Positions 1 to 8,447 of a DNA stretch of 24,371 nt are shown in pieces. The notes below the pieces were generated by a model that saw only the letters and a list, made by a program, of their open reading frames with translations, was not told the origin of the DNA and did no database searches. Source of the stretch: Okeania sp. (GTDB taxonomy: Bacteria > Cyanobacteriota > Cyanobacteriia > Cyanobacteriales > Microcoleaceae); the NCBI RefSeq assembly GCF_035285525.1, contig NZ_JAYKGW010000195.1:1-24371 (forward strand), given 5' to 3'. Within the stretch, counting starts at the first letter, position 1. Each line of letters opens with the position of its first letter. The position numbers and the translations under genes were made by a program.

Positions 1-986
1 TTTTCTATGAGACCTAAATATCTTCCAGCACTTGTATAATAATCTGTTTGTCTTTTATCAAATTGATAATTTTCTGTAATTTCATTGGGAGTTAAATCAT
101 TTTCTAATAGTAGGGAAATTAAGTCTATTGTTCTGTCAAATTTATCTGCTTGTGGAAATGGAATATTTGCAGGTTCAGAAATTATTTTAATCTGAGTTAG
201 TAGTAAGTCTACTTCACTTATCTGTATTTCTTCTGAAGCAATTTCATAATTTTTCTGTTCTACCAAAGTGATAGAATTATAATCTAATATATTGGCAAAT
301 TTATAAATAAAAAAGCTGAAAATATCGTTGGAGTAAGTCATTAATACTGGTACAACTTTTTTACTAATTTTATTTGACCATAATCTATAGGGATAATAGA
401 GTTGTCTGATTAAAAAATCCTCAACTCTATAGTTTTTAACTTCCATTAAAATTAAACAATTATCAGTTTCAAAACCTCCATCTATTTCGCATTGAGAATT
501 AGTCACATTGATTGAATATGACTGTTGCTTAATAGAATTTTCAATAGAGAAGTCAAAGGTTCCTGTAGACATTCTACCCGAAACAGTGAATTTAGTTTTT
601 GAGTCTACTAAGTCATCAATAATACCAATATTAAATGCGCAAAGTAATGCAGAACTTTCAGAATATAAATTAGTATAATCTATGGTTTCTATTTCTTTGG
701 GAAACTGCCAAGAAATAGTGGAAACTTCGAGATTGTATTTGACTGGTAAATGTGTATTAAATTTACCGATAATATATTGATAACGAGAAAGGGGTAGGAT
801 TGATAAATTATTATCTCTGAATATTTTTGGCAAATTAACAATATGGTCAAATTTTGCCATTAGTCTACTTTCTCGTTCCTGATTAATTTGAGATGCTTCT
901 ATTTTGAAAAAATCGTTTTTATTCACTTCATCTAATATTTGATATTTCTCAAATAGCTTTTCCCATGCCTCATCATTTTTAGTCAT
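1..986 (-). CDS. Putative type II restriction endonuclease (PD-(D/E)XK type), 3'-truncated by the window edge; not in the supplied ORF track
   Basis: Own minus-strand translation from ATG (complement of 984-986): MTKNDEAWEKLFEKYQILDEVNKNDFFKIEASQINQERESRLMAKFDHIVNLPKIFRDNN...VTNSQCEIDGGFETDNCLILMEVKNYRVEDFLIRQLYYPYRLW...DKRQTDYYTSAGRYLGLIE. It is open for all ~328 codons down to position 1 (frame re-checked at positions 59, 500 and 986). Candidate nuclease motif is D-x12-E-x-K (EID...LILMEVK). It lies on the same strand 182 nt downstream of a Dam-family methyltransferase. The family was not recognised by eye. Confidence 0.55.
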   Translation of the reverse strand, partial: MTKNDEAWEKLFEKYQILDEVNKNDFFKIEASQINQERESRLMAKFDHIVNLPKIFRDNNLSILPLSRYQYIIGKFNTHLPVKYNLEVSTISWQFPKEIETIDYTNLYSESSALLCAFNIGIIDDLVDSKTKFTVSGRMSTGTFDFSIENSIKQQSYSINVTNSQCEIDGGFETDNCLILMEVKNYRVEDFLIRQLYYPYRLWSNKISKKVVPVLMTYSNDIFSFFIYKFANILDYNSITLVEQKNYEIASEEIQISEVDLLLTQIKIISEPANIPFPQADKFDRTIDLISLLLENDLTPNEITENYQFDKRQTDYYTSAGRYLGLIE

Positions 987-1011
987 ACTTATAGATTTAT
1001 ATCAACTGGAA

Positions 1012-1156
1012 AATTTCACCCTAAAATTTCATCAACTTTGTTTCTGATTAATTTGAGATGCTTTGACTTGGAAGAAACAATTTTTATTTTATTCACCACT
1101 TTTAATTTTTTATATCTGTGAAATAACTTTTCCTGTACAGGCTCATTTTTGCTTAA
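1012..1156 (-). pseudogene. Decayed duplicate of the MTase 3' end fused to the REase 5' end (relic of a second or rearranged R-M cassette)
   Basis: 1018-1040 (accctaaaatttcatcaactttg) closely matches 1187-1209, the MTase C-terminal codons KVDEIL. 1044-1063 (ctgattaatttgagatgctt) is identical to 879-898 inside the REase N-terminus, and looser similarity continues to ~1150. The relic reads KNEPVQEKLFHRYKKLKVVNKIKIVSSKSKHLKLIRNKVDEILG*, compared with REase KNDEAWEKLFEKYQILDEVNKNDFFKIEASQINQE. There is no in-frame start, and a TAA lies immediately upstream. Confidence 0.55.
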
Positions 1157-1168
1157 ATTTAATCTTGG

Positions 1169-2032
1169 CTAAACCGCAAAATTTAACACTAAAATTTCAT
1201 CAACTTTTCCTCTCTTCAAACCCTTAGAATTAATACTTCTTGCTGCTCTGACTATTTTGATTTTATCCTGATAATCTTTATACAAATCCATAATAAAATC
1301 TGTTCGAGAATTACTTAAAATAACCAAGCAACCTCTATCCGTTAATTCATCAAAAACTTCCTTTAATCTTTTCTGTTCATCCTTGTTAAAACCATTAATA
1401 TCATACCCTGTAAAAGAGGCAGTATTAGAAACAGGATCGTAAGGAGGATCGAAATAAATAAAATCACCTTTTTTAGCATTTTCAACCGCTTCAGAAAAAT
1501 CCAAATTTAATATTTCTACTTGAGACTTATTTAAATATTTACTCACAGCTTTTAAAACAGCCTCATCTAAAACATTAGGTTTTTTATATTTGCCACAAGG
1601 AACATTAAACTGACCCTGAGAATTAACTCTAAATAAACCATTATAACAAGTTTTATTCAAATAAATAATTCTAGCTGCCTTTTCTACTTTTGACAGATTA
1701 TTGTATTCTTTTGGTGAACGATCTAAATTTCTAATTTCATAGAAATAATTAACAGTATTATTATTCTCTTGATGTTTTCTTAATTCTTCGATTAAATCAT
1801 CCAATGAATCTCTAACTACCTGATAACAATTGATTAATTCCTGATTTTTATCACTAATAACTGCTCTGGTTGGTTGTAACTCAAACAAAAGTGCTCCTCC
1901 ACCAATAAAAGGTTCATAATATGTAGATTTATTCAGAGATTTTCGGTTAATATATTTTGTTAATTCAGATAATAATTGTCTTTTACCTCCTGCCCATTTT
2001 AAAAAAGGTTTAACTATTGGATTTTTGCGCAC
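1169..2032 (-). CDS. Dam-family (D12 class, alpha-group) N6-adenine DNA methyltransferase
   Basis: The 287 aa ORF is collinear with E. coli Dam. Shared motifs: N-terminal FLKWAGGKRQL, SAM-binding EPFIGGGALLF, NKTCYNGLFRVNSQGQFNVPCGKYKKP, catalytic DPPY and C-terminal RGKVDEILV. Specificity cannot be read from the sequence. Confidence 0.93.
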   Translation of the reverse strand: MRKNPIVKPFLKWAGGKRQLLSELTKYINRKSLNKSTYYEPFIGGGALLFELQPTRAVISDKNQELINCYQVVRDSLDDLIEELRKHQENNNTVNYFYEIRNLDRSPKEYNNLSKVEKAARIIYLNKTCYNGLFRVNSQGQFNVPCGKYKKPNVLDEAVLKAVSKYLNKSQVEILNLDFSEAVENAKKGDFIYFDPPYDPVSNTASFTGYDINGFNKDEQKRLKEVFDELTDRGCLVILSNSRTDFIMDLYKDYQDKIKIVRAARSINSKGLKRGKVDEILVLNFAV

Positions 2033-2062
2033 TAAAAAATACCTCTATATTTCGTAATAAGA

Positions 2063-2090
2063 GAACAGGGAATAGGGAACAGGGAACAGA
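2063..2090. repeat. STRR-like heptamer tandem repeat (GAACAGG x4, slightly degenerate)
   Basis: gaacagg gaatagg gaacagg gaacaga is read directly. It lies about 30 nt upstream of the MTase start codon. Confidence 0.8.
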
Positions 2091-2266
2091 GACAAACAAT
2101 CGAGAATTTATAGATAACAATTGATTTGACTTTTGATTTTTGGAAATATCTAAAGAGTCAGTTTGAATTGTTTAATTAAGTATAGAATTCTTGACCTGAT
2201 TACTGACAGCTAATAGCTAGATTATTGCTTAATTAAAAGCTTTTATCTAATACCAAAAAACCAGAG

Positions 2267-2292
2267 CTGATAACTGATAACTGATAACTGAC
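2267..2292. repeat. STRR-like heptamer tandem repeat (CTGATAA x3.7)
   Basis: ctgataa ctgataa ctgataa ctgac directly abuts the stop codon (2293-2295) of the TPR-CHAT gene. The same heptamer in reverse (cagttat cagttat) sits at 9007-9022, just upstream of the NUDIX start. Confidence 0.85.
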
Positions 2293-4722
2293 TTAAAGCC
2301 CATTTCCAATTAAAATAAATGGTGCCCAATAATAGGGGTGACTATACTCACTATTAATCATAGAAATTTGTGCCTTTTGTACTGCTGCTACTTTGCTTTC
2401 TCCATTCTTCAAAGCTCGATAAAAATCATTCATAAACTCTTGAGTACCTTGGTCATCAACTCGCCATAAAGTTGCAATACTTGCTGTGGCTCCAGCTTCT
2501 TGTATTTTATAACCAAAACCAAGTATTTCTTCACCATTTCCTAACTCTTTTCCTAAAGCAGTTTGACAAGCACTAAAAACAATTAATTCTACATCCTTTA
2601 AATTCCAATCTTCCACATCTCGTAAAGTAGCGCGATCGCCATCTCCAAATAATATAAAAGATTCTTCTGGATGACCACTTAAAAAAGCAGAATGAGTAGC
2701 AAAATGTATAATATTATAGCTATCGAATTTTGCTTCGATAGCTTCTTTAGTAAAAGCATTACCTAACAATTTATTAGTTTGAGGAAAGACATTTTGTATC
2801 TCCTCTACCTCTACTCCTGCAAAAGGCAATGATTCAAATTCAAATAGGCGTTGACCAACTTTAAAATTGTAACTTCCTTCATTTAAAGCACCTGCTAAAA
2901 TTATAGGTTCAAATTTTTCTCTAGGTTCTAGTTCCATTAAACTTGCAGCAGTAATATTATTAATTTGAAACCTTTCTCCTAACCATTTTTTTCCATCATG
3001 TATTGCTGCTAAAGGAATATAACGTAATTTACCATCAGGAGCATAAAGTATCTTTTTAGCTTGAGTAATTTTTAGTTGAGCTTCCATAGGTTTAATCAAC
3101 CAATTATATAATTTCAATCCTGCTTCTTTAACTCTTTTATCAGATTGATTTCTATTTGTTAGTTGCATTCTTAATTGCAGGATAGTTTGATTAAATTCTT
3201 TCTTATTTACTAAAACAGTGCGATGAAATGGAGGAGAATCAGCAGTCATTAATATTAACTCTAACCGATCTTCTAAAAGCAATGGATATAAAATTACAGT
3301 ATCTTGAAGATTATTTTCTTTTAGTTCAGACTGTAACCAAAGTGCTATATCTGAACCTAGTTTTTGACTCCTAGCATTTTTCTCTAATTCTAAAACTATA
3401 GACTTGACTTCTTCACTATCCAAAAAACCTTGAATTTTTGCTAATTTCTCCTGTAAGTTATTTGGATTTTGACTATAGCTTTTAACAACTTCATCTATTA
3501 ACTCAGAATACTTTTTCCAAAATATCTGTTCTGACTCTAGTAATGGAATTTCACTATATTCATATTCATCAGTTTTTAAATTTCCGGTATATTCAAATGT
3601 CTCTTGTATATGCAGTAAATCTAAAATTTGATGTGCTTCTAATGCCCGTTTTTTTTCCAGCAATAATGCAGCCAAATTCCGATATATTGTAGCAATACTT
3701 TCTACATATAAATTTTGCTCTTCTACTGGTAATTTTTGTAAATCTTTCCGAATATCTTCAGTAATATTAACTGATTGTTTATAGAAAATTATTGCCAACT
3801 CATCCTGATTTTTTCTTTCTAATAATTTACCTATATCAGCAAGAGTAATTCTCTCTCCTTCTTGGTCTCCAAGCTGTCGTTCAATAATCAAAGTATTAGT
3901 CAAAAAACTTAGAGATTCTGAATGTTTATCTGATTCTCGATGAACTCTACCAATATGATGAAGAGTATCTGAATTATTATAGTGATCGCCAATTTTTTCT
4001 TGAATAGCTAATGCTTCCTGATGATATTTTAATGCCTCAGAATATTTCCCTTGTTCTCGATAAACTACACCTATATTATCTAGAGTTTTAGCGATACCAA
4101 TATTGTCTTGATTTTTCCGATTAATCTCTAAAGCTTGTTGATAAAATTCTAAAGCTTTAGGAAACTCCTTTAAATGGCTATAAATTCTTCCAATTTTATT
4201 TAAAATAATTGCTGGTTCTGGGTGATTTTCATTTAAAGTTTGCTGATAAAAATCTATAGCTTTCTCATACCAACCTAAATGTGAATAAGCTAAACCAATA
4301 TTATTTAAAATAGCACTGGTATTTTCACTACTTTTCTCCTCTTGATTCTTTTCTAATGCTTGCTGATAAAACTCTAAAGCTTTCAGATGTTTACCTTGAG
4401 CATCATAAACGGCAGCAATTTTATTCAAAGTCCGAATAATTCCAAAGCGATCGCTCTGTTTATTATAAATTTCTAATGCTCCTTTAAACTTTTCTATAGC
4501 CATCTTAAATTGACCATTATTAAATTCTTTATTTGCCTGTTTTTCAAGTTCCTGCGCGTCAGTTTTTAGATGGTTTTCTGAAATAGAATAAGTTGCGTTT
4601 TTTGTCAGTTTTGCTAGTGCTTGTGAACTAATATTTACCTTTTTTTCGACCGCTATAAATGGAGGAATAATTAATAAACATAAAGTAGGTATAATCAACC
4701 TCAAATTTTTCCAAATCATCAT
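2293..4722 (-). CDS. TPR-repeat / CHAT-domain protein (caspase-like clan CD peptidase fold) with an N-terminal signal or anchor
   Basis: 809 aa. The N-terminus is hydrophobic (LRLIIPTLCLLIIPPFIAV). About 6-7 TPR-like units follow, with recurring A(L/I)E.Y(Q/N)QAL motifs. The C-terminal CHAT domain has a candidate His (IIHFATHSAF) and Cys (LIVFSACQTALG) dyad and the typical ending HPYYWAPFILIGNG. Confidence 0.9.
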   Translation of the reverse strand: MMIWKNLRLIIPTLCLLIIPPFIAVEKKVNISSQALAKLTKNATYSISENHLKTDAQELEKQANKEFNNGQFKMAIEKFKGALEIYNKQSDRFGIIRTLNKIAAVYDAQGKHLKALEFYQQALEKNQEEKSSENTSAILNNIGLAYSHLGWYEKAIDFYQQTLNENHPEPAIILNKIGRIYSHLKEFPKALEFYQQALEINRKNQDNIGIAKTLDNIGVVYREQGKYSEALKYHQEALAIQEKIGDHYNNSDTLHHIGRVHRESDKHSESLSFLTNTLIIERQLGDQEGERITLADIGKLLERKNQDELAIIFYKQSVNITEDIRKDLQKLPVEEQNLYVESIATIYRNLAALLLEKKRALEAHQILDLLHIQETFEYTGNLKTDEYEYSEIPLLESEQIFWKKYSELIDEVVKSYSQNPNNLQEKLAKIQGFLDSEEVKSIVLELEKNARSQKLGSDIALWLQSELKENNLQDTVILYPLLLEDRLELILMTADSPPFHRTVLVNKKEFNQTILQLRMQLTNRNQSDKRVKEAGLKLYNWLIKPMEAQLKITQAKKILYAPDGKLRYIPLAAIHDGKKWLGERFQINNITAASLMELEPREKFEPIILAGALNEGSYNFKVGQRLFEFESLPFAGVEVEEIQNVFPQTNKLLGNAFTKEAIEAKFDSYNIIHFATHSAFLSGHPEESFILFGDGDRATLRDVEDWNLKDVELIVFSACQTALGKELGNGEEILGFGYKIQEAGATASIATLWRVDDQGTQEFMNDFYRALKNGESKVAAVQKAQISMINSEYSHPYYWAPFILIGNGL

Positions 4723-4784
4723 TTTAATAACTAAATGTTTTGTATTTTATGAGTTATATTAAATCTGAATAAGTAAGTACCAGG

Positions 4785-4882
4785 ACAGAATTAATTGTGC
4801 ATTTTTTATTGCTCTGTGTTAGACCTATCAAAGGATTACAAGCAGATTTATATACAAATAATTTTGTCTACTTAACTTAGTT
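4785..4882. repeat. Dispersed ~90-nt repeat, copy 1 (partner at 17729-17813)
   Basis: Both copies share the blocks acagaattaattgtg(c/t)att and (t/g)atatacaaataattttg...ctt(a)acttagtt in the same order. This copy lies 63 nt upstream of the minus-strand TPR-CHAT start. Confidence 0.7.
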
Positions 4883-4998
4883 ATTTCACAATTGTGATAC
4901 AGCAAATTTCGGGCATAAATTAAGAGGTACAGGGTAAATGGTAAAAACATTGTATTACGGGAATCTTACCCGCCATAGGTGTACCTTATAACAAAGGA

Positions 4999-5257
4999 AG
5001 TAAGCATTCAGCACTTCAGCAATAATACCCTATATTTAAGGATAGATTTTAAGTGAACAGGACTTACGAACTGCAATGTATTTTCGTCCGATACGACGGT
5101 CGGGAAGCAATCTCAAACCCCTGTTTTTCCTACCTCATGGCTTTAGTCCTAGTTAATATAGATTTTCGAGCTGACTTTTATAGTAAAATTTTTATAGCTT
5201 AATTAATAAAGCTTTTATCACTCACTCAAAGTAATAGCTGATTGCTGAATGCTTACT
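4999..5257. mobile_element. MITE-like element with perfect 15-bp terminal inverted repeats (AGTAAGCATTCAGCA)
   Basis: 4999-5013 agtaagcattcagca is the exact reverse complement of 5243-5257 tgctgaatgcttact. There is no ORF inside. It contains the nested element 5059-5150. Related half-sites (gctgaatgcttac) occur at 5796-5809 and around 9925. Confidence 0.6.
5059..5150 (-). repeat. Short element with AGGACT...AGTCCT ends, copy 1 (minus orientation; partner at 19322-19485)
   Basis: The reverse complement reads aggactaaagccatgagg...ttcgtaagtcct. It shares the first ~17 nt and last ~9 nt with the element at 19322-19485. Its core (cgaccgtcgtatcggacg) is locally GC-rich and unrelated to the other copy. 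Confidence 0.6.
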
Positions 5258-5273
5258 AAAGGAAAGCGTTTTT

Positions 5274-5393
5274 GTATATAGAGCAATACAGTTTAGTTAA
5301 GCATTTTTTTTGACAGTTTTGTAGTCTGAAAACCTATATAATGCTTCCATATCTTATGAGTTTTCGTCTTAACTAAACCGTATTGATATATAC
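5274..5393. repeat. Long inverted repeat / MITE-like hairpin (~26-28-bp arms)
   Basis: The left arm is gtatatagagcaatacagtttagttaag (5274-5301). The reverse complement of the right arm (5368-5393) is gtatatatcaatacggtttagttaag. The 18-bp core carries 1 mismatch and the spacer is ~66 nt. Confidence 0.65.
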
Positions 5394-5805
5394 AGCATCT
5401 CCCATTTTTTTGAGGTATACCTACGGGAGCAAGATGCTCCGAATAAAAACACTTAATTATCAATATTTGTACTTCAGATACTGAGAATCTGCTATAAAAA
5501 AATAGGAAATTTAACTATACAAAAGATTGCCAAATTATGTATGAGAGACAAATATTAATTATACAGCTTTCTAGTTGAGGCCGAAAATTCCGCTTCAAGG
5601 CGTACTTGGCAGTACAGTGAAAAGCACTATCAGTGTAAACATTTAGCTATTAGCAGTCAGCACTTCAGCAATTAGTAATTAATAATTAATTATGAGCTTT
5701 AGAAATAGAATTTCTACAGTAAATTTTTATTGTTTCTCAATATCCAGGCTTGTTTTACCCTCTTCACAATTAATAGCTAATAGCTAACAAATGAATGCTG
5801 AATGC

Positions 5806-6792
5806 TTACACTTTTTCTTCCCCATTATCAGTATCTTTAGTAATTATTTTTCCTGTTGATAGTAAGTCATCTTGAACTTCAGAAAATTTTGTACTTACTG
5901 GAGTTTCTGAAATAGATTTTTCAGTAGATATAGATTCTGCATCTAAAGATGAAATTGTTTCTTTTTCAGGTTCTGTTAAATTAGTTTTTTCTAGCCAAAC
6001 ATCAGATATAACAGACTCTTCTTTTCCAGTTTCATTAACTTCTTCATTAGAGCTTAATTTCTCAGTATCAGATTGAATTTCTGTAGATGTTAATTCAGGA
6101 ACAGTCTTTTTACTACCTTTACTTTGAATAGCATTTTTAATATTACTCAATATGCCACTTACAGGTGTCAACAACTGAGAAAAACCACCAGCTTTTTTAG
6201 ACGAACCTGTTTGTAATCCTTCAGATATTTCTGATACACTTTGAGTATCTGTTAAAACATTTTCTTCTATCATACTTTCAGTTCTATCTGCTTCAGATTC
6301 TTTTGTCATATTGCTTAAATCTGAAGTAATTTCAGGAGATAATAATTCAGACTCACTTTCTCCTAATTTAACTTCATTAACCAACTCTTCAGTAGAAATA
6401 TTTTGCTCTAAATCTTCAGTAGAAATTTCTGTTGATTCAATTAAATTAGATGTAGATGTTTCCTCAGAAATAGTTGTTGATTTTTCCTGAGTATTATCTT
6501 CAGAAATGTTCTGACTTGATATTTGAGTTTGCTCTACAACTGGGGTAACTTGACGACGCAATGTTATACTTTCCCAAGCAAACCAACCTAATAAAGCTAC
6601 ACCTGCTACTTGACCCAATAATAACGCACCTGTAATTCTAGCAGCACAAAACCACAATACCAGGGCATAAAAAAGACCTACACCACTCCAAATAAAATCA
6701 TTTTTCCGATGGACTTCTGGAAAGAAAAAGGCCACCATGTATAAAGCTAAACTACCAAAACCAACAGCTAAGGCCAGTATATTTGTAAGCAT
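5806..6792 (-). CDS. ycf66: Ycf66-family membrane protein with a long acidic Ser/Thr/Glu-rich C-terminal extension
   Basis: The N-terminal ~85 aa (ILALAVGFGSLALYMVAFFFPEVHRKNDFIWSGVGLFYALVLWFCAARITGALLLGQV...LRRQ) matches the remembered Ycf66_N pattern (..LY...PE..R..D....VGL...). Three hydrophobic helices are present. The rest is low-complexity acidic sequence. Confidence 0.65.
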   Translation of the reverse strand: MLTNILALAVGFGSLALYMVAFFFPEVHRKNDFIWSGVGLFYALVLWFCAARITGALLLGQVAGVALLGWFAWESITLRRQVTPVVEQTQISSQNISEDNTQEKSTTISEETSTSNLIESTEISTEDLEQNISTEELVNEVKLGESESELLSPEITSDLSNMTKESEADRTESMIEENVLTDTQSVSEISEGLQTGSSKKAGGFSQLLTPVSGILSNIKNAIQSKGSKKTVPELTSTEIQSDTEKLSSNEEVNETGKEESVISDVWLEKTNLTEPEKETISSLDAESISTEKSISETPVSTKFSEVQDDLLSTGKIITKDTDNGEEKV

Positions 6793-7333
6793 AAGTTTTA
6801 TGTACTCCTATCATTTTTTCCTATATCGGGTCATTTTATCGTTCATTGACATTCTCTCAACTTTAGACTTGAGGAACAATGCCAGATTTCTCAACTACGC
6901 CATGTCCTACTACTTTTCCCATAGTGAAATACAATGTCTAATATATGTTAATTAAAATTTGCTGAATAAAGTCTTTTTTTTGAATTAAGAAATAGGGAGT
7001 AAGGAATAATTAAGAGTTAAGATAAATAGCAGTTATACAGAAGGCGATCATTAATAATAGTTAGAGTAATTTTTCTGCCATAGTTACTTCAAAATGCTTA
7101 CTTTTTCAGCTCGCTTCTACGCAAAATATGGTATTTTTACGGTTCCCGATAAATCAAAACCTAAAAAGGCTAAAAGCTTTATCTTTTAATATTTTTAGAT
7201 TTAATTATGGCTGGCTAATTATATCGTGAGTTTAATCACTTTTCTAACTAATTTCAAATCACAGACTATTGCTAGGATTTTCTCGTATAATGTTAAGTAT
7301 TAGAAAAGCATCAACATAAAAGGAGAGTGTGAA

Positions 7334-7531
7334 ATGTGGGAAAAATTTTTGTTAGCTGCTGCTGTTACCTTCTCTTTGCATATCTTTGCAGGTATAGACT
7401 TATCTGATATTAAGTCACCTATTTCTTCAGATAGTAAAGCTCCAACTTTATCATATTTTGAAGAAAATTTATCATATTTTAATATGACAAATAAATATCA
7501 AAACTTTTATGAACAAATAATGCAATTTTGA
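7334..7531 (+). CDS. Small hypothetical protein with an N-terminal signal or TM segment
   Basis: 65 aa ORF. A strong Shine-Dalgarno sequence (aaggagagtgtgaaATG) precedes it. The N-terminus is hydrophobic (FLLAAAVTFSLHIFAG). No family was recognised. Confidence 0.45.
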   Translation: MWEKFLLAAAVTFSLHIFAGIDLSDIKSPISSDSKAPTLSYFEENLSYFNMTNKYQNFYEQIMQF

Positions 7532-7575
7532 TTCAATAGTTATAAATTTTTCATCAATAAATTATAATAAATGTC

Positions 7576-7875
7576 TTGGAGATATTATTAATATTGTTAA
7601 TAGGCATAACTCCTTGCCTAGTTTCTTTATGGATTTTCCACAAGTTTGAAGCCAGAACTCTAGAAAAACTTAACTCAGTCAGATTAGCTGTTAACTATAG
7701 AGAAATAACAGTTACATCTAGTCAAATAGAACAACAATATATAAAAGGAGTAGGATATATTATAGGAGACTTAACTTGTAAGTTTAATGCTAGAACTTCT
7801 CAAATTCGTTGTGCTGTTAATCCTCTAGGTCCATGTAAAAATTGTTGTGATTATCAGTCAATAGATATTGAGTAA
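7576..7875 (+). CDS. Conserved cyanobacterial small Cys-rich protein (N-terminal TM helix; C-terminal C..NA....RCAVNP.G.C..CC motif)
   Basis: 99 aa with a TTG start as given by the ORF track. The C-terminal IGDLTCKFNARTSQIRCAVNPLGPCKNCCDY resembles a DUF-type cyanobacterial family that I recall but cannot verify here. Confidence 0.55.
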   Translation: MEILLILLIGITPCLVSLWIFHKFEARTLEKLNSVRLAVNYREITVTSSQIEQQYIKGVGYIIGDLTCKFNARTSQIRCAVNPLGPCKNCCDYQSIDIE

Positions 7876-7890
7876 TATGGTTTCACAGCA

Positions 7891-7916
7891 GTCAAAAGTT
7901 AAAAGTTAAAAGTAAG
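7891..7916. repeat. STRR-like heptamer repeat (GTTAAAA x3)
   Basis: gtcaaaa gttaaaa gttaaaa gtaag begins 16 nt after the stop of the 7576-7875 ORF. Confidence 0.75.
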
Positions 7917-8000
7917 ATTATAGTGGTTTAAAACTTTGAAGCTATTGTAATTTTAGGAAATTATTTCAGATTATTTACGGTGTTCTGAAAAAAGCAAATT

Positions 8001-8148
8001 TTAGGGTAATGCGCAATTTTGAAAGTGTGGAAAAACAGAGAAATTAAAAAAAATAATTGTTCCTTTATTTTTCTACCATACTGAGAAAAAAAGGCTAACT
8101 TTTTGAACATGATTAGCTCAAACAAGCGCACTTTTTTATACCCTAAAA
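8001..8148. mobile_element. MITE-like repeat, TTAGGGT...ACCCTAA family (copy C1)
   Basis: The termini ttagggta (8001-8008) and taccctaa (8140-8147) form a perfect 8-bp inverted repeat. The interior (gttcctttatttttct(a/g)ccata...aaacaagcgcactttt) is homologous to 9749-9907, 9504-9690 and, partially, 7065-7175. Confidence 0.65.
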
Positions 8149-8160
8149 ATACTCAAATAT

Positions 8161-8410
8161 TTAGGGTTTCTGAAAAAGTTTTTTATTTCAAGGTAGGAGC
8201 CAGAATCCAGCAATCCTGAAATCCGGGAAGAATAAGAATCATAGAAGAGGTAGCCAGAAGAATCTTACTCTAATTTTTTACCCCTCGAAATTCCCAAAAT
8301 CCTAGATTTTTAAGCTGGAATCACCTAAAAGCTGGTACTTTATTAGTATCTATAAAATGCTGAAAGTTTTCCTAGTAAAAACTTTGATAAATAATTCAGC
8401 CAGCCCTATT
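8161..8410. mobile_element. MITE-like repeat, copy B1 (homologous to 18326-18621)
   Basis: It starts ttagggtttctgaaaaag and ends ataattcagccagccctattta. Blocks shared with copy B2: gccagaatccagcaatc, gaataagaat(c/a)a(t/c)agaagaggt, aaaatcctaga(t/c)ttttta(a)gct and aaaagctggtacttt. Its last ~45 nt are partly re-duplicated at 8411-8455. Confidence 0.7.
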
Positions 8411-8447
8411 TATCTATAAAATGGTTTGATAAATAATTCAGCAAATC

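Noticed and set aside
1113-1147. Short ORF starting at the ATG inside the relic (MSLYRKSYFTDIKN*)
   Set aside because: It has 14 codons, lies in a different frame from the relic homology and has no ribosome-binding site.
6737-6955. 72-aa plus-strand ORF from the track
   Set aside because: Its 5' end overlaps the ycf66-like start region antisense. The composition is low-complexity and Phe/Ile/Tyr-rich, as expected for AT-rich non-coding DNA. There is no Shine-Dalgarno sequence and no recognisable motif.
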